From Chloroflexia bacterium (lineage in GTDB: Bacteria > Chloroflexota > Chloroflexia > DTKN01), in NCBI GenBank assembly GCA_036172265.1, contig JASFBA010000099.1, positions 631 through 64,630 on the forward strand: a stretch of 64,000 bases of DNA, read 5' to 3'. Below the pieces are notes generated by a model. That model was not told the origin of the DNA, made no database searches, and saw only the letters and a program-made list of their open reading frames with translations. The translations under genes were made by a program, and so were the position numbers. Shown one piece after another: positions 20,083 to 32,073 of this stretch. Position 1 is the first letter of the stretch, and every line of letters starts with the position of its first letter.

Positions 20083-23000
20083 ATGGCGATCGCGATAGGA
20101 CTTTCGGAACAGGCGATTCAGGAGGATATCCTTCCGGGACCGCGACACCCGATCCGGGAGGTGGGTCGGCCTCCCCGTCGCTCTTTCTCCCACATCCCCG
20201 AGGCCTTGCCCATACCCTTCTTGATCCAGACCCAACTGGATTCCTTTCGCTGGTTCGTTGAAGAGGGGTTGCGCGAACTGTTCGACGACATTTCACCGAT
20301 CCAGGATTTTACCGGCCGGAAGATGGAACTCTACTTCACCGGCTACCATTTTGGCGAACCGCGCTATAGCGAACAGGAAGCCCGCGAACGCGATGCCACC
20401 TACGCCCGTCCTCTGCGGGTGCAGGTTCGGCTGCTGATGAAAGAGACCGGCGAGGTCCGCGAACAGGAGATCTTCTTCGGCGATTTCCCCTGGATGACCG
20501 ACAAGGGCACCTTTATCATCAACGGGGCCGAGCGGGTGGTTGTCTCGCAACTGGTCCGTTCTCCCGGGGTCTACTTCCAGCACAAGGAGGAGACGGCCGA
20601 GGGCCGGCCGCTCTTCATCGCCAAACTCATTCCGGCACGGGGGGCCTGGTTGGATTTCGAGACCAATCGCCGCAACGTCATCTCGGTCAAGATGGACCGT
20701 CGGCGCAAAATCCCGGTCACCATCCTCTTGCGGGCCCTGGGCTATGCCACTGAAGGCGAACTGCGTGCCCTCTTCCAGCATGTGGATACCTCCAGGGAGC
20801 ACTCCTTCATCGAAGCCACCCTTTCCCGCGACCCCACCACTCACCAGGAGGAGGCCCTACTGGAGATCTATCGCCGGCTGCGACCGGGCGATCCGCCCAC
20901 CCTGGAGAACGCCCGCAACCTCCTGCAAGCCATGCTCTTTGACGAACGCCGTTACAACCTGGCCCGAGTCGGCCGCTACAAGTTGAACCGCCGCCTCTGG
21001 GAAAATTATCACCTGGAACCCGACCTCAAGGAAGGCCTGGAGCGCCGTCGGGTCTGGCTGGACCTCTGGAGACAGGCTCGGGGAAAGGGGCTGGACGAGG
21101 AACTCCTCGAGCGGATGCTTCAGGAGCGGCTCTGGTGGATCACCCGCGCTCGCAACGGAGAGCCGCTTTCCTCCGAAGAACTGGCCGCCCTGCGTAAGCA
21201 AACCCGTTCCATCGCCGAACTGGCCCTGCTGGGGGAGACGGTATCCTGCTGGCGCGACGAGGCCCATCAGATCGACTCGACGAGAGTGGACCTCTGCCCT
21301 GAGTGCGGCTGGTATATCTGCCCCCAGTGCGAGATGTGCCAGGAGGGACAGGACCTCTACATCGGACCGGAGGAATACGGTTTCGAGCACCTCTGTAGCC
21401 GCTTCTACGTGCGGGTGGTGACCAGTTACGTCGAGCCGCCTTCTCTGGATCAGCGCACGCTGACTCCGGCGGACATTGTGCGCATCGTCGAGGAACTGAT
21501 TCGCCTGAACAACGGCTGGGGTGAACCCGACGATATTGACCACCTGGGCAACCGTCGGGTGCGCACCGTAGGCGAACTTGTGCAGAACCAATTTCGCATC
21601 GGCTTGCTGCGCGTCGAGCGCATCATCCGTGAGCGGATGACTCTGCACGATCCCGAGACGGTCACGCCGGGCAACCTCATCAACATCCGCCCCCTGGTGG
21701 CCGCGATCCGGGAGTTCTTCGGGGCCAGCCAACTTTCCCAGTTTATGGACCAGACCAACCCGCTGGCCGAGTTGACTCACAAGCGACGCCTTTCTGCCCT
21801 GGGGCCGGGCGGCCTCTCGCGGGAACGGGCCGGCTTCGAGGTGCGCGACGTCCATCACTCCCACTACGGACGCATCTGCCCGGTGGAGACGCCCGAGGGC
21901 CCCAACATCGGCCTGATCGCCAGCCTGGCCACCTATGCCCGGGTTAACGAGATGGGCTTTATCGAAACCCCCTACCGGCGGGTCATCCGCGAGGTCGAAA
22001 ACCGGGCCGAGGCGCTGGTCGGCCATATCTTGAGGGAGGACGTCGCCGATTCCCGAAGCGGGGAAGTAGTTGCTCCGGCCGGCACCCGAGTAGATCGGGA
22101 ACTGGCCCGGCGCATCGCTGCCCTGCCCCTGAGGCGCATCGCCGTTCGCCCCCGGGTGAGCGACGAGGTCGTCTACCTCTCCGCCGACGAGGAGGAGCGC
22201 TCCGTCATCGCCCAGGCCAACGCGGCGCTGGATGAATATGGGCACTTTGTCGAAGAGCGTGTCACCGCCCGGTACGGCTCGCGCTTCGTTATTGAACGCG
22301 CTGACCGGGTGGACTTTATGGATGTTTCCCCGAAGCAGGTGGTCTCGGTTTCTACCGCCCTCATCCCCTTCCTGGAGCACGACGATGCCAACCGAGCCCT
22401 GATGGGATCGAATATGCAGCGTCAGGCCGTGCCCCTGCTCCAGCCGGAGGCCCCGATCGTGGGAACGGGGATGGAGTACCAAGCGGCGCGGGATTCCGGC
22501 CTGGTGGTCATCGCCATGAAGGATGGGGAGGTCATCCGGACGGTAGCCGACGAGATCGTGGTGCGGGAAGACGACGGGACGGAGCGCCATTACCCCCTGA
22601 TCAATTTCCGGCGTTCCAACCAGGATACCTGCATCCACCAGCGCCCGATCGTCTACACCGGGGAGAGGGTTCGGGCCGGCCAGGTGATCGCCGACGGGCC
22701 GGCCACCGACCACGGCGAACTGGCCCTGGGGCGCAACGTCCTGGTGGCCTTTCTCCCTTGGGAGGGCGGCAACTTTGAGGACGCCGTCCTGGTGAGCGAG
22801 CGGCTGGTGCGGGAGGATATCTTCACCTCCATCCACATCGAAAAGTACGAGTGCGAGGCCCGCGATACGAAACTTGGGCCGGAAGAGATTACCCGCGACA
22901 TCCCCAATGTGGGGCAGGACCTCCTGGCCAACCTCTCCGAGGAGGGCATCGTCTACATCGGGGCCGAGGTGGGGCCGGGAGACATCCTGGTGGGCAAGAT

Positions 23001-24000
23001 CACCCCCAAGGGGGAAACCGACCTCACCGCTGAGGAGCGCCTCCTGCGGGCCATCTTTGGGGAAAAGGCCCGCGAGGTCAAGGACTCTTCCCTGCGGGTG
23101 CCGCATGGGGTTTCCGGCCGGGTCATTGACGTGCGCACCTTCTCCCGGGATGCGGGGGACGAACTGCCGGTGGGCGTGCACACTATGGTGCGGGTGCTCA
23201 TCGCCCAGCGGCGCAAGATCGCAGCCGGGGACAAGATGGCCGGCCGACACGGCAACAAGGGGGTGATCTCCCGCATCCTTCCGGTGGAAGATATGCCCTT
23301 CCTTCCGGACGGTACGCCGGTGGACATCATCCTCAACCCGCTGGGCGTGCCCTCCCGGATGAACATCGGCCAACTCCTGGAGACCCACCTGGGGTGGGCG
23401 GCCGGCCAGTTGGGTATCCGGGTGGCTTCCCCCGTCTTTGACGGAGCAACCGAAGAGGAAGTGCGCGCCTTGCTCGCCCAAGCCGGCTTGCCCGAAAACG
23501 GCAAGATCACCCTCTACGAGGGCCGTACCGGTTTGCCCTTTGAAAGCCCCGTTACGGTCGGCCAGATCTATATGATGAAACTGGTTCACCTGGTCGAAGA
23601 CAAAATCCATGCCCGTTCTACCGGACCGTACTCCCTGGTTACCCAGCAACCGCTGGGCGGCAAGGCCCAGTTCGGCGGCCAGCGCTTCGGCGAAATGGAG
23701 GTGTGGGCTCTGGAGGCCTACGGGGCCGCCTATACCCTCCAGGAGATGCTCACCATCAAATCCGACGACATCCTGGGCCGCAGCAAGACCTACGAGGCCA
23801 TCGTCAAGGGCGAACCTATCGAAGAGGTCGGACTCCCCGAAGCCTTCAAGGTGTTGGTCAAGGAGTTGCAGAGCCTGGCCCTCTCGGTCGAGATCTTTGG
23901 CGAGGACGAAAGCCCGGTGGACATCGACGATGCCGCCCGGTCGGCCGAGCCGCTCCTGAGGCTGGAAGGCATCAACATCTCCGGTATCGAAAAGGGCTAA
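20083..24000 (+). CDS. rpoB: DNA-directed RNA polymerase subunit beta
   Basis: Conserved beta blocks throughout ([66 protein letters not shown]). Start set at the ATG at 20083, 6 nt after GAGGAG; the track ORF begins at 19969. Contains an insert of about 160 aa with [15 protein letters not shown]. Confidence 0.9.
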   Translation: MAIAIGLSEQAIQEDILPGPRHPIREVGRPPRRSFSHIPEALPIPFLIQTQLDSFRWFVEEGLRELFDDISPIQDFTGRKMELYFTGYHFGEPRYSEQEARERDATYARPLRVQVRLLMKETGEVREQEIFFGDFPWMTDKGTFIINGAERVVVSQLVRSPGVYFQHKEETAEGRPLFIAKLIPARGAWLDFETNRRNVISVKMDRRRKIPVTILLRALGYATEGELRALFQHVDTSREHSFIEATLSRDPTTHQEEALLEIYRRLRPGDPPTLENARNLLQAMLFDERRYNLARVGRYKLNRRLWENYHLEPDLKEGLERRRVWLDLWRQARGKGLDEELLERMLQERLWWITRARNGEPLSSEELAALRKQTRSIAELALLGETVSCWRDEAHQIDSTRVDLCPECGWYICPQCEMCQEGQDLYIGPEEYGFEHLCSRFYVRVVTSYVEPPSLDQRTLTPADIVRIVEELIRLNNGWGEPDDIDHLGNRRVRTVGELVQNQFRIGLLRVERIIRERMTLHDPETVTPGNLINIRPLVAAIREFFGASQLSQFMDQTNPLAELTHKRRLSALGPGGLSRERAGFEVRDVHHSHYGRICPVETPEGPNIGLIASLATYARVNEMGFIETPYRRVIREVENRAEALVGHILREDVADSRSGEVVAPAGTRVDRELARRIAALPLRRIAVRPRVSDEVVYLSADEEERSVIAQANAALDEYGHFVEERVTARYGSRFVIERADRVDFMDVSPKQVVSVSTALIPFLEHDDANRALMGSNMQRQAVPLLQPEAPIVGTGMEYQAARDSGLVVIAMKDGEVIRTVADEIVVREDDGTERHYPLINFRRSNQDTCIHQRPIVYTGERVRAGQVIADGPATDHGELALGRNVLVAFLPWEGGNFEDAVLVSERLVREDIFTSIHIEKYECEARDTKLGPEEITRDIPNVGQDLLANLSEEGIVYIGAEVGPGDILVGKITPKGETDLTAEERLLRAIFGEKAREVKDSSLRVPHGVSGRVIDVRTFSRDAGDELPVGVHTMVRVLIAQRRKIAAGDKMAGRHGNKGVISRILPVEDMPFLPDGTPVDIILNPLGVPSRMNIGQLLETHLGWAAGQLGIRVASPVFDGATEEEVRALLAQAGLPENGKITLYEGRTGLPFESPVTVGQIYMMKLVHLVEDKIHARSTGPYSLVTQQPLGGKAQFGGQRFGEMEVWALEAYGAAYTLQEMLTIKSDDILGRSKTYEAIVKGEPIEEVGLPEAFKVLVKELQSLALSVEIFGEDESPVDIDDAARSAEPLLRLEGINISGIEKG

Positions 24001-24031
24001 TTGGGTATTGGTAAGATGGAGTGGATAATAG

Positions 24032-27000
24032 ATGACTCGAATCAATGAGATCACAGCCATTCGTCTGGGCCTGGCCTCGCCGGAGGAGATCCGTCGCTGG
24101 TCGCGCGGGGAAGTGACCAAACCGGAAACCATCAACTACCGTACCCTGCGGCCGGAGCGAGACGGCCTCTTCTGTGAGCGCATCTTTGGCCCGCAAAAGG
24201 ACTGGGAATGCGCCTGTGGGAAATATAAGCGAGTGCGCCACCACGGTATCGTCTGCGACAAGTGTGGGGTGGAGGTCACCCGTTCGCGGGTGCGCCGGGA
24301 ACGCATGGGGCACATCGAACTGGCCGCCCCTGTGAGCCACATCTGGTTCATCAAAGGAACGCCCAGTCGGCTGGGTTTGCTCCTGGATATCACTCCTCGC
24401 AACCTGGAGCGGGTGATCTACTTTGCCGCCTATATCGTCACCGAAGTGGATGCGGAGAGGCGCGACCACCTGGTCGAACGTCTCCAACGGGAAATGGCCG
24501 AGGAACTGGCCCAGGTGGAAGCCCAAGGTCAGGAAGAGATTTCCCGCATTCGGGAACGGCTGGCCGGCGAACTGGAACTCCTGGAACGGGCCCGGGAAGC
24601 CACCCTGCAGCGCTTTGAAGACGAACTGATCGCCCAGACGGAGCGCTTCGTTCAGATAGCCCGGGAGATCGAAGCCCAACTCCACGCCTGGGAGAGCAAA
24701 CCGATCCCTCAGGACATCGTTTTTGAGCCGACCGGTGCGTTGATCGCCCAGGCCGGCGAGGTGATCTCCGGAGAGACGCTATCCCGCCTGAGCGAGGTGG
24801 CCCAGGCCGCCATCGAAGCGGCGGAGCCGGCCATTCGGGAGCAGCAGGCCCAGGCCAATCTTCAGACCCAGAGCGAACGGGACCAGCGCATCTACGTTGC
24901 CGAGCAGGAAATCGCCCGCATCGAGGAAACGATCTACGAACAGCAGGAGGCGATTCGCCTGCGCTATGAAAGCCGCCTGCGGATGATCCGGGAACTCCAT
25001 CGGGGCATGCTCATGACCGAGGCCCAGTACCATGAGTACCGCGAACAGTGCGGGGCTATCTTCCGGGCCGACATGGGAGCCGGGGCGATCCGCGAACTCC
25101 TCAGCCGGATGGACCTGGACCGCATGCAGGCCGAACTCAAGGAGGAGATGGAAAACAGCCCCTCGGCCCAGCGCCGGAAAAAGGCCGGCAAGCGCTTGCG
25201 GGTGGTGGAGGCCTTCCGGAAATCGGGCAATCGCCCGGAATGGATGATCCTGACCGTTCTACCTGTCCTACCGCCAGACCTGCGGCCGATGGTGCAACTC
25301 GACGGTGGCCGTTTTGCCACCTCGGATCTGAACGACCTTTACCGGCGGGTGATCAACCGGAATAACCGGCTGCGCCGCCTGCTGGAACTCAAGGCCCCCG
25401 AGATCATCGTGCGCAACGAAAAGCGCATGCTCCAGGAGGCGGTGGACGCCCTTATTGATAACGGCCGGCGCGGACGGGCCGTCTCAGGCCGGGGAAAGCA
25501 TCGCCTGAAGTCCCTTTCCGATATGCTCAAGGGCAAGCAGGGGCGTTTCCGCCAGAACCTTCTGGGCAAACGGGTAGACTACTCCGGCCGTTCGGTGATC
25601 GTGGTGGGCCCGGAACTGAAACTGCACCAGTGCGGCCTGCCCAAGCGTATGGCCTTGGAACTCTTCAAGCCGTTCGTCATGCGAGGTCTGGTGGCCCGGG
25701 GCTATGCCCATAACATCAAAAGCGCCAAGCGCAGCGTTGAGCGAGTACGCCCGGAAGTCTGGGATGTCCTGGAGGAAGTGATCCAGAATTACCTGGTGCT
25801 CCTGAACCGGGCTCCTTCCCTGCACCGCCTTTCCATCCAGGCCTTTGAGCCGGTGTTGATCGAGGGCAGCGCCATCCAACTCCATCCCCTGGTCTGCACC
25901 GCCTTCGGAGCCGACTTTGACGGCGACCAGATGGCCGTGCATGTCCCCCTTTCGGAAAAGGCTCAAGAAGAGGCCCGCCAGCGGATGCTTTCCACCCTCA
26001 ATCTGCTCTCCCCGGCCACGGGAGACCCCATTATCACCCCGACGCAGGAGATGGTCCTGGGTTGCTACTACATGACCCTCATCCGCCCTGGAGCGCGAGG
26101 GGAGGGCAAATACTTCGCCGGTATCGAGGAAGCCCTGATGGCCTATGAGGCCGGAGCCATCACCCTGCAGACCCGCATCCATATCCTCCTGCCCGAAGAC
26201 TTTCGGGCCGGAGATGCCCTGGTGGAGACCTGCCTGGGGCGGGTCATTTTCAACGGTGTCCTTCCCTCGGATCTGCGTTTCCGGAACGAGGTGGTGGATA
26301 AAAAGGCCCTCAAGCAGATCATCGCCGATTGCTATCGCTTGCACGGCCCGGAGGCGACGGCGGCGATGGCCGATCGCATCAAGCAACTGGGCTTTCAGTA
26401 CGCCACCCGGGCCGGGCTGACGATCGGCATTGATGACGTCCAGATTCCTGCCCGCAAGGCGGAAATCCTGGCCCAGGCCGATGCTGAGGTGGAAAACCTG
26501 GAGCGGCAGTTCCGCCGGGGCCTCATCACCGAAGGGGAACGCTACCGGGGCACGGTGGAGATCTGGACCGAGGCCACGCAAAAGATCACCGCCGAGGTCG
26601 CTCAGACACTGGACCGCTTCGGCCCGGTGTATATGATGGCCACTTCCGGGGCCCGCGGCAACATCGAGCAGATTCGCCAGATGGCCGGCATGCGGGGTCT
26701 GATGACCGACCCGGCCGGCCGTATCATTGACCTGCCGATCCGCTCCAACTTCCGGGAGGGCCTCTCCGTCCTGGAATACTTTGTCTCGACCCACGGCGGG
26801 CGCAAGGGCCTGGCCGACACCGCCCTGCGTACGGCCGAGGCCGGCTACCTTACCCGACGCTTGGTGGATGTGGCCCAGGACGTAACCATCGCCCAGGTGG
26901 ACTGCGGTACCGAAGCCGGCATCTGGATTCGCGAATCCGACAACAACATCGAGGATATGCGGGCTCGGTTGGTCGGCCGCATCATGGCCGCCCCATTGGT

Positions 27001-28441
27001 GGACCCGCGCACCGGCGAGGTGCTGGTCGAACGCAACCAGGAGTTTGACGAGAGGGCCTGGGAACGCGTCTCGGCCATCAACCGGGAGACCTGGCGCCGC
27101 GTGGCCGAGATCATGCGCGAGCCAATGGCCTTTTTCCGCGACGATCGGCGCAAGGCCATCCTCCGGGGCGAGGAACAGGTTCCCGAAGAGGCCCGTAAGG
27201 TGCTGGAGGAAGAGGCCATCACCTCCTTCTACGTCCGTTCCCCGCTTTCCTGCCAATCGCCCTGGGGAATCTGCGCCTTGTGCTACGGACGCAACCTGGC
27301 CACCGGGCGGCTGGTGGAGACGGGCGAGGCCGTGGGCATCATCGCCGCCCAGTCCATCGGAGAGCCGGGCACCCAGTTGACGCTGCGCACCTTCCACACC
27401 GGCGGCGTCAAGACGGAACTGGACATCACCAAGGGGTTGCCCCGCGTGCAGGAAGTCTTCGAGGCCCGATTGCCCAAGGGCAAGGCCGAAATCGCCGAAA
27501 TCGACGGCCTGGTGGAGATCGTCCGCGACGGCGAGTACCGGGTGATTCGGGTGGTACACAGCGAACCGTACAGCGATGTCTATGAGATTCCCGAAGGCTA
27601 TACCGTCCGCGTGCACGAGGGAGATTACGTAGAGGCGGGCGAGATGCTGGCCGAGGCAAAGGACGACCGTCCCCCCATTGTGGCCGGCGTGGCCGGCGAG
27701 GCCCTCGTGGAGGACGGACAAGTGATCGTACGGGGAAGCGAGGAGGAGGTGCGCGAGTACCGGGTGCCGGTCACTGTCCGCTTGAAGGTGCGGGAGGGCC
27801 AGTGGGTCGAAGCCGGTCAGCAACTCACCGAGGGCTCCATTGACCCCCGGACCCTGCTCCAGATTGCCGGCCGGGAAGCCGTCCAGTCCTACCTGGTCAA
27901 CGAGGCCCAGAACGTCTACTGCTCCCAGGGTGTGAGCATCAACGATAAGCACATCGAGATCATCGTCCGGCAGATGCTCCGTCGCGTCCAGGTGGACGAC
28001 CCCGGCGATACCGATTTTCTCCCCGGCGACCTGGTGGACCGCTTCTTCTACCAGCAGGAGAATGCCCGGGTGATTGCAGCCGGCGGGGAGCCGGCCACGG
28101 CCCACCTGGTCCTGCTGGGCATCACCAAGGCCGCACTGAATACCGACTCCTGGCTGGCGGCAGCCTCTTTCCAGGAGACCACCCGGGTCCTGACCGAGGC
28201 GGCAGTGACGGGCAAGGTGGACTATTTGCGCGGGCTGAAGGAAAATGTCATCATCGGCCGGCTGATCCCGGCCGGCACCGGGATGGAGACCCGCCGCCGC
28301 CGTGCCGAGGAACGGGCCCGGCTGGCCCGCCTGGCGCTGGAAGAGGAAGAGGCCCGGGCCCGCGAGATGGAACAGGCCCGACGCTTCCTCCTGGGCGAGG
28401 AAGAAACACCCCCGGAGGGGCTTTTCCACCCCGAAGGATAG
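24032..28441 (+). CDS. rpoC: DNA-directed RNA polymerase subunit beta-prime
   Basis: 1469 aa with a zinc-binding N-terminus ([23 protein letters not shown]) and [14 protein letters not shown] active site. Lies 31 bp after rpoB. Contains a large coiled-coil insertion. Confidence 0.95.
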   Translation: MTRINEITAIRLGLASPEEIRRWSRGEVTKPETINYRTLRPERDGLFCERIFGPQKDWECACGKYKRVRHHGIVCDKCGVEVTRSRVRRERMGHIELAAPVSHIWFIKGTPSRLGLLLDITPRNLERVIYFAAYIVTEVDAERRDHLVERLQREMAEELAQVEAQGQEEISRIRERLAGELELLERAREATLQRFEDELIAQTERFVQIAREIEAQLHAWESKPIPQDIVFEPTGALIAQAGEVISGETLSRLSEVAQAAIEAAEPAIREQQAQANLQTQSERDQRIYVAEQEIARIEETIYEQQEAIRLRYESRLRMIRELHRGMLMTEAQYHEYREQCGAIFRADMGAGAIRELLSRMDLDRMQAELKEEMENSPSAQRRKKAGKRLRVVEAFRKSGNRPEWMILTVLPVLPPDLRPMVQLDGGRFATSDLNDLYRRVINRNNRLRRLLELKAPEIIVRNEKRMLQEAVDALIDNGRRGRAVSGRGKHRLKSLSDMLKGKQGRFRQNLLGKRVDYSGRSVIVVGPELKLHQCGLPKRMALELFKPFVMRGLVARGYAHNIKSAKRSVERVRPEVWDVLEEVIQNYLVLLNRAPSLHRLSIQAFEPVLIEGSAIQLHPLVCTAFGADFDGDQMAVHVPLSEKAQEEARQRMLSTLNLLSPATGDPIITPTQEMVLGCYYMTLIRPGARGEGKYFAGIEEALMAYEAGAITLQTRIHILLPEDFRAGDALVETCLGRVIFNGVLPSDLRFRNEVVDKKALKQIIADCYRLHGPEATAAMADRIKQLGFQYATRAGLTIGIDDVQIPARKAEILAQADAEVENLERQFRRGLITEGERYRGTVEIWTEATQKITAEVAQTLDRFGPVYMMATSGARGNIEQIRQMAGMRGLMTDPAGRIIDLPIRSNFREGLSVLEYFVSTHGGRKGLADTALRTAEAGYLTRRLVDVAQDVTIAQVDCGTEAGIWIRESDNNIEDMRARLVGRIMAAPLVDPRTGEVLVERNQEFDERAWERVSAINRETWRRVAEIMREPMAFFRDDRRKAILRGEEQVPEEARKVLEEEAITSFYVRSPLSCQSPWGICALCYGRNLATGRLVETGEAVGIIAAQSIGEPGTQLTLRTFHTGGVKTELDITKGLPRVQEVFEARLPKGKAEIAEIDGLVEIVRDGEYRVIRVVHSEPYSDVYEIPEGYTVRVHEGDYVEAGEMLAEAKDDRPPIVAGVAGEALVEDGQVIVRGSEEEVREYRVPVTVRLKVREGQWVEAGQQLTEGSIDPRTLLQIAGREAVQSYLVNEAQNVYCSQGVSINDKHIEIIVRQMLRRVQVDDPGDTDFLPGDLVDRFFYQQENARVIAAGGEPATAHLVLLGITKAALNTDSWLAAASFQETTRVLTEAAVTGKVDYLRGLKENVIIGRLIPAGTGMETRRRRAEERARLARLALEEEEARAREMEQARRFLLGEEETPPEGLFHPEG

Positions 28442-28449
28442 GCAAAGAC

Positions 28450-28578
<129 letters not shown>

Positions 28579-28584
28579 ATAAGC

Positions 28585-29448
28585 ATGGACATGGCCTTTC
28601 GCGCCGACTACCACGTGCACCTGGAAAACGGCCCCTATAGTCCTGAATGGTTGGAGGCCTTCCTGTCCTCTGCCCGCCGGAAGAGTTTGCAGGAAGTCGG
28701 CTTCAGCGAGCACCTGCACGACTTTTACGAGGGCCAGGATGCCTCCGGCCACTGGTGGGAGGAGGACCCGGATCCGGCCGAGCGGAAATATGCCGAGAGG
28801 TGGTGGCGGGCGCGTCCCCGCTATCCTCTGGATACGTATATCGCCTTCATCCAGACCGCCCAGGGGCGTTCCGACCTGCCTCTGCGCCTCGGCCTGGAGG
28901 TGGACTATTTCCCCGGCCGGGAGGAACCGCTGCGCCGCCTCCTTGCGGCCCACCCCCTGGATTTCATCTTGGGTTCGGTGCACTGGCTGGGTGCCTGGGG
29001 ATTCGACCACCTCAATCGTCTGGAGCGCTGGCAGGGCTGCGATGTAGACACGGCCTTCCGCCGTTACTTTGAGCGGCTCATTCAGGCAGCACGTAGCGAC
29101 TTGTTTGACGTGATGGCCCATCCCGACCTTATCAAACTGGCCGGCTACCGGCCTTCCTACGACCTGAAGCCGCTGTATGAGGAGGCGGCGCGGGCCTTTG
29201 CCGAGGGAGGGGTAGCCGTGGAGGTGAACACGGCCGGCCTGTATCGCCCTGTGGGCGAGATCTACCCGGCGGAAATGTTCCTGCGCCTTTGCCGGGACTA
29301 TGGTGTGCCGATCGTCATCTCCTCCGATGCCCACCGGCCGGAGGAAGTGGGGCGAGACCGGGACGCGGCCGTGGCCCTGGCCCGGCGCTGCGGCTACACC
29401 CGAGTTTGCCGCTTCGTGAGGCGGGAACGAGAGGAAGTCGGGCTATAA
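28585..29448 (+). CDS. PHP-domain phosphoesterase (histidinol-phosphatase HisJ-like family)
   Basis: N-terminal DYHVHLE; later SVHWL and AHPDLIK are PHP metal-binding blocks. The start is ambiguous among the ATGs at 28561, 28585 and 28591. Confidence 0.65.
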   Translation: MDMAFRADYHVHLENGPYSPEWLEAFLSSARRKSLQEVGFSEHLHDFYEGQDASGHWWEEDPDPAERKYAERWWRARPRYPLDTYIAFIQTAQGRSDLPLRLGLEVDYFPGREEPLRRLLAAHPLDFILGSVHWLGAWGFDHLNRLERWQGCDVDTAFRRYFERLIQAARSDLFDVMAHPDLIKLAGYRPSYDLKPLYEEAARAFAEGGVAVEVNTAGLYRPVGEIYPAEMFLRLCRDYGVPIVISSDAHRPEEVGRDRDAAVALARRCGYTRVCRFVRREREEVGL

Positions 29449-30129
29449 ATGTACGCCCTGGTGATCGCCGAAGACCCCGACGAGACGGCCATCTTGACGC
29501 TGGTCCTACAGCGGGCCGGCCTGGCCTCCACCGCCTCCGGCAGCCTGGAGCAGGCGCTGCGCACCTGGGGCGGCCGGCCGGCCGACATCGTCCTCTGCGC
29601 CGTAAGCGAACCCAGCCTGATGGAGCAGGTTCAGCGCATCCGCGCCCTGACCGGGGTGCCGCTTATCCTGATTACCCACCCGATTGACGAGCACCTCCAC
29701 TGCCAATTGCTCGAAGAAGGGGCCGATCGGGTGGTCATGCGCCCCTACAGCGCTCGGCTGATGATCGCCCGCGTCCGGGCCCTCCTCCGCCGGGCCGGGG
29801 GACTCCCCGTCTTCAGCCTTCCTACCCTGAGCATCGCCGGCCTCACCCTGGACCCGGCTACCCGCACCGTGGAGGTGGCCGGCCGGCCGCCCCGCCGCCT
29901 GACCCACCTGGAGTTTCGCCTCCTCCACCTCCTGATGATCCATCGCGGCCAGGTGCTTCCTACCGAACACATCGTCCGCATGGTCTGGGGCTACAAGGCC
30001 GCAACCGACCCCGAACTCGTGCGCGGCCTGGTCAGCCGCCTGCGCAGCAAGGTCGAGGCCGACCCGCGTAATCCTCGCTATATCCTCACCGTAGCCGGCG
30101 TGGGGTATCGTTTTGGGGAAAGCGAGTAG
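29449..30129 (+). CDS. OmpR/PhoB-family winged-helix response regulator with atypical receiver (phospho-acceptor Asp replaced)
   Basis: Receiver-like N-domain (LVIAEDPDET...PLILITHP) and C-terminal winged helix (EFRLLHLLM...RSKVE...PRYILTVAGVGYRF). Ala sits at the expected Asp position (DIVLCAVSEP) and Arg at the conserved Lys (RPYS). Confidence 0.75.
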   Translation: MYALVIAEDPDETAILTLVLQRAGLASTASGSLEQALRTWGGRPADIVLCAVSEPSLMEQVQRIRALTGVPLILITHPIDEHLHCQLLEEGADRVVMRPYSARLMIARVRALLRRAGGLPVFSLPTLSIAGLTLDPATRTVEVAGRPPRRLTHLEFRLLHLLMIHRGQVLPTEHIVRMVWGYKAATDPELVRGLVSRLRSKVEADPRNPRYILTVAGVGYRFGESE

Positions 30130-30145
30130 GGGGCGCCGTGGCTCC

Positions 30146-30676
30146 TCAGCCGACTCGTTCCGGCGTCCAGTCCGGGCACTCGTTTCGAACGATGGAGGCG
30201 GCCGGCCCGCGGATCCCTCTCCGTTCCTTGCAGGCCGTCTCCCGCCGGTAGATGCAGTTTTCGCAGCAATGGATGACGGCATGGCAGTTCCAGCAAAAAT
30301 CAGCCACGTCGTAGACTTCGGCTCCGCAGGAATAGCAGCGCAAGGTGTACCCCCTGTCTTCCTCCTCGGGGGCGGCAGTGCTGAGGGCGGGAGGTTCCTC
30401 CTCCGGCTGCAGGAGGTTCCCATGGCGCCGACGTAGGAGGTCCAGCCCTTTGCGGGCCGCTTCATTCCCGGGATTGATGGTCAGGACGTTGGCCAGGGCC
30501 ACCTGCATGTCTCGGGGGTCGTCCACCACACCGCTAAGCCACAACCAGGCTTGCTCGTTATAAGGCTCGCGCTCGACGATCTGGAGGAGCAGTTGCCGGG
30601 CCTCCTCACGCCGTTTCTCGCGGGCCGCCCGGATGGCCTGCTTCAGCAATTCGCCGGTTGACGTCTGTTCGGCCAT
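30146..30676 (-). CDS. TPR-like plus Cys-rich zinc-ribbon protein
   Basis: N-terminal TPR-like helices (EQAWLWLSGVV...NPGNEAARKGL). C-terminal CYSCGAEV...CWNCHAVIHCCENC cysteine cluster. Confidence 0.5.
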   Translation of the reverse strand: MAEQTSTGELLKQAIRAAREKRREEARQLLLQIVEREPYNEQAWLWLSGVVDDPRDMQVALANVLTINPGNEAARKGLDLLRRRHGNLLQPEEEPPALSTAAPEEEDRGYTLRCYSCGAEVYDVADFCWNCHAVIHCCENCIYRRETACKERRGIRGPAASIVRNECPDWTPERVG

Positions 30677-30693
30677 TCCTTTCTCCTGGGCCG

Positions 30694-32070
30694 TTATCCG
30701 GCCAGGGCCAGCAGTCCCTCCAAAAGCGTCTTTTCCTGCTCCGGGAGCACGGTGCGGGCATCCAGGAGCAGCCGGTCCCCTTCGATGCGCGGGATGATAG
30801 GAGGTTCTCGGCGACGCAACCGGGTGGCCGCTTCTTCGACGGAAGGAAGCCCCGAGATCTCCAGCGCCCAGGTGGGCAGGGTCTGCCCCGGAAGCGATCC
30901 TCCGCCCACCGCCGTCTCGGCGCGCACCACCTGTACGGCCATCCCCCGTTCGGCCAGGTAGCGCCGCCAGCGACGCGCCCGCCGACCCACCTCTTCCAGC
31001 GGCTGGGAAATCATCTGCCAGATGGGAATTTCCCGCAGCGCTTCCCCTCGCAGGTAGTGGAGCAGGGTGGCCTCCAGGGCGGCCAACGCCATCTTGTCCA
31101 GACGGATGGCCCGGGCCAGCGGATGACGCTCCAGCCGGGCGATGAGATCGGCCCGGCCGACGATCAGGCCGGCCTGCGGCCCGCCCAGGAGTTTGTCGCC
31201 ACTGAAGCAGACCAGGTCGGCCCCGGCCTGGACGCTTTCCTGGACCATCGGCTCGTGGGCCAGCCCGAAGGCGCTCGTATCCAGGAAGGTGCCGCTCCCC
31301 AGGTCGTCCATCACATAAAGGTTATGGCGGTGGCCCAACTCCACCAGTTCCGAAAGGGGAACGTCGTGGATAAAGCCGACCAGGGCGAAGTTGCTGCGGT
31401 GGACCCGCAGGAGCATGGCCGTCTCCATTCCGATGGCCTTGGCATAGTCGCTAATGTAGGTGCGGTTCGTCGTCCCTACCTCGACCAGCGTGGCCCCGCT
31501 CTGAGCCATCACCTCGGGGATACGGAAGCCGCCGCCGATCTCCACCGCCTGGCCGCGGGAGACGACGACCTGCCGGCCACGGGCCAGGGCGGAAAGGGCC
31601 AGGAGGACGGCGGCAGCGTTGTTGTTCACCGCCAGGGCCGATTCCGCTCCACTGAGCCGGCAGAGGAGGCGGCGGGCGTGTTCGTGGCGAGAGCCGCGCC
31701 GGCCGGCCTCCAGGTCGAACTCCAGGTTGCAGTACCCCTGGCCGACCCGCCGCACGGCCTCCAGCGCCACCTGGCTCAGGGGGGCCCGGCCCAGGTTGGT
31801 ATGCAGGATGACCCCGCTGGCGTTCACCGCCGGCTGAAGCGTCGGCCGAAGCCATTCCCGGAGCCGCTCCAACGAGCGGCCGGAGATTTCGGCCAGGTCT
31901 GGAGGGGCCGCGCCGGCGGCGATCTCCCGGCGGGCTTCCTCCAGGACGCCGCGTGCGGCCTCCACCAGGAGGTCGTGCGGCCAAGTTTCGTCCGGCCGGC
32001 CGGAGCGAATTTCCTGGAGCACCCGCTCCACGCTCGGCAGCGCCCGATAAGCCGATCCGAGTTCGTCCAC
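30694..32070 (-). CDS. selA: L-seryl-tRNA(Sec) selenium transferase (selenocysteine synthase)
   Basis: 458 aa. LHTNLGRAPL and the PLP-lysine block FSGDKLLGGPQAGLIVG are SelA hallmarks. Confidence 0.85.
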   Translation of the reverse strand: MDELGSAYRALPSVERVLQEIRSGRPDETWPHDLLVEAARGVLEEARREIAAGAAPPDLAEISGRSLERLREWLRPTLQPAVNASGVILHTNLGRAPLSQVALEAVRRVGQGYCNLEFDLEAGRRGSRHEHARRLLCRLSGAESALAVNNNAAAVLLALSALARGRQVVVSRGQAVEIGGGFRIPEVMAQSGATLVEVGTTNRTYISDYAKAIGMETAMLLRVHRSNFALVGFIHDVPLSELVELGHRHNLYVMDDLGSGTFLDTSAFGLAHEPMVQESVQAGADLVCFSGDKLLGGPQAGLIVGRADLIARLERHPLARAIRLDKMALAALEATLLHYLRGEALREIPIWQMISQPLEEVGRRARRWRRYLAERGMAVQVVRAETAVGGGSLPGQTLPTWALEISGLPSVEEAATRLRRREPPIIPRIEGDRLLLDARTVLPEQEKTLLEGLLALAG

Positions 32071-32073
32071 CGC

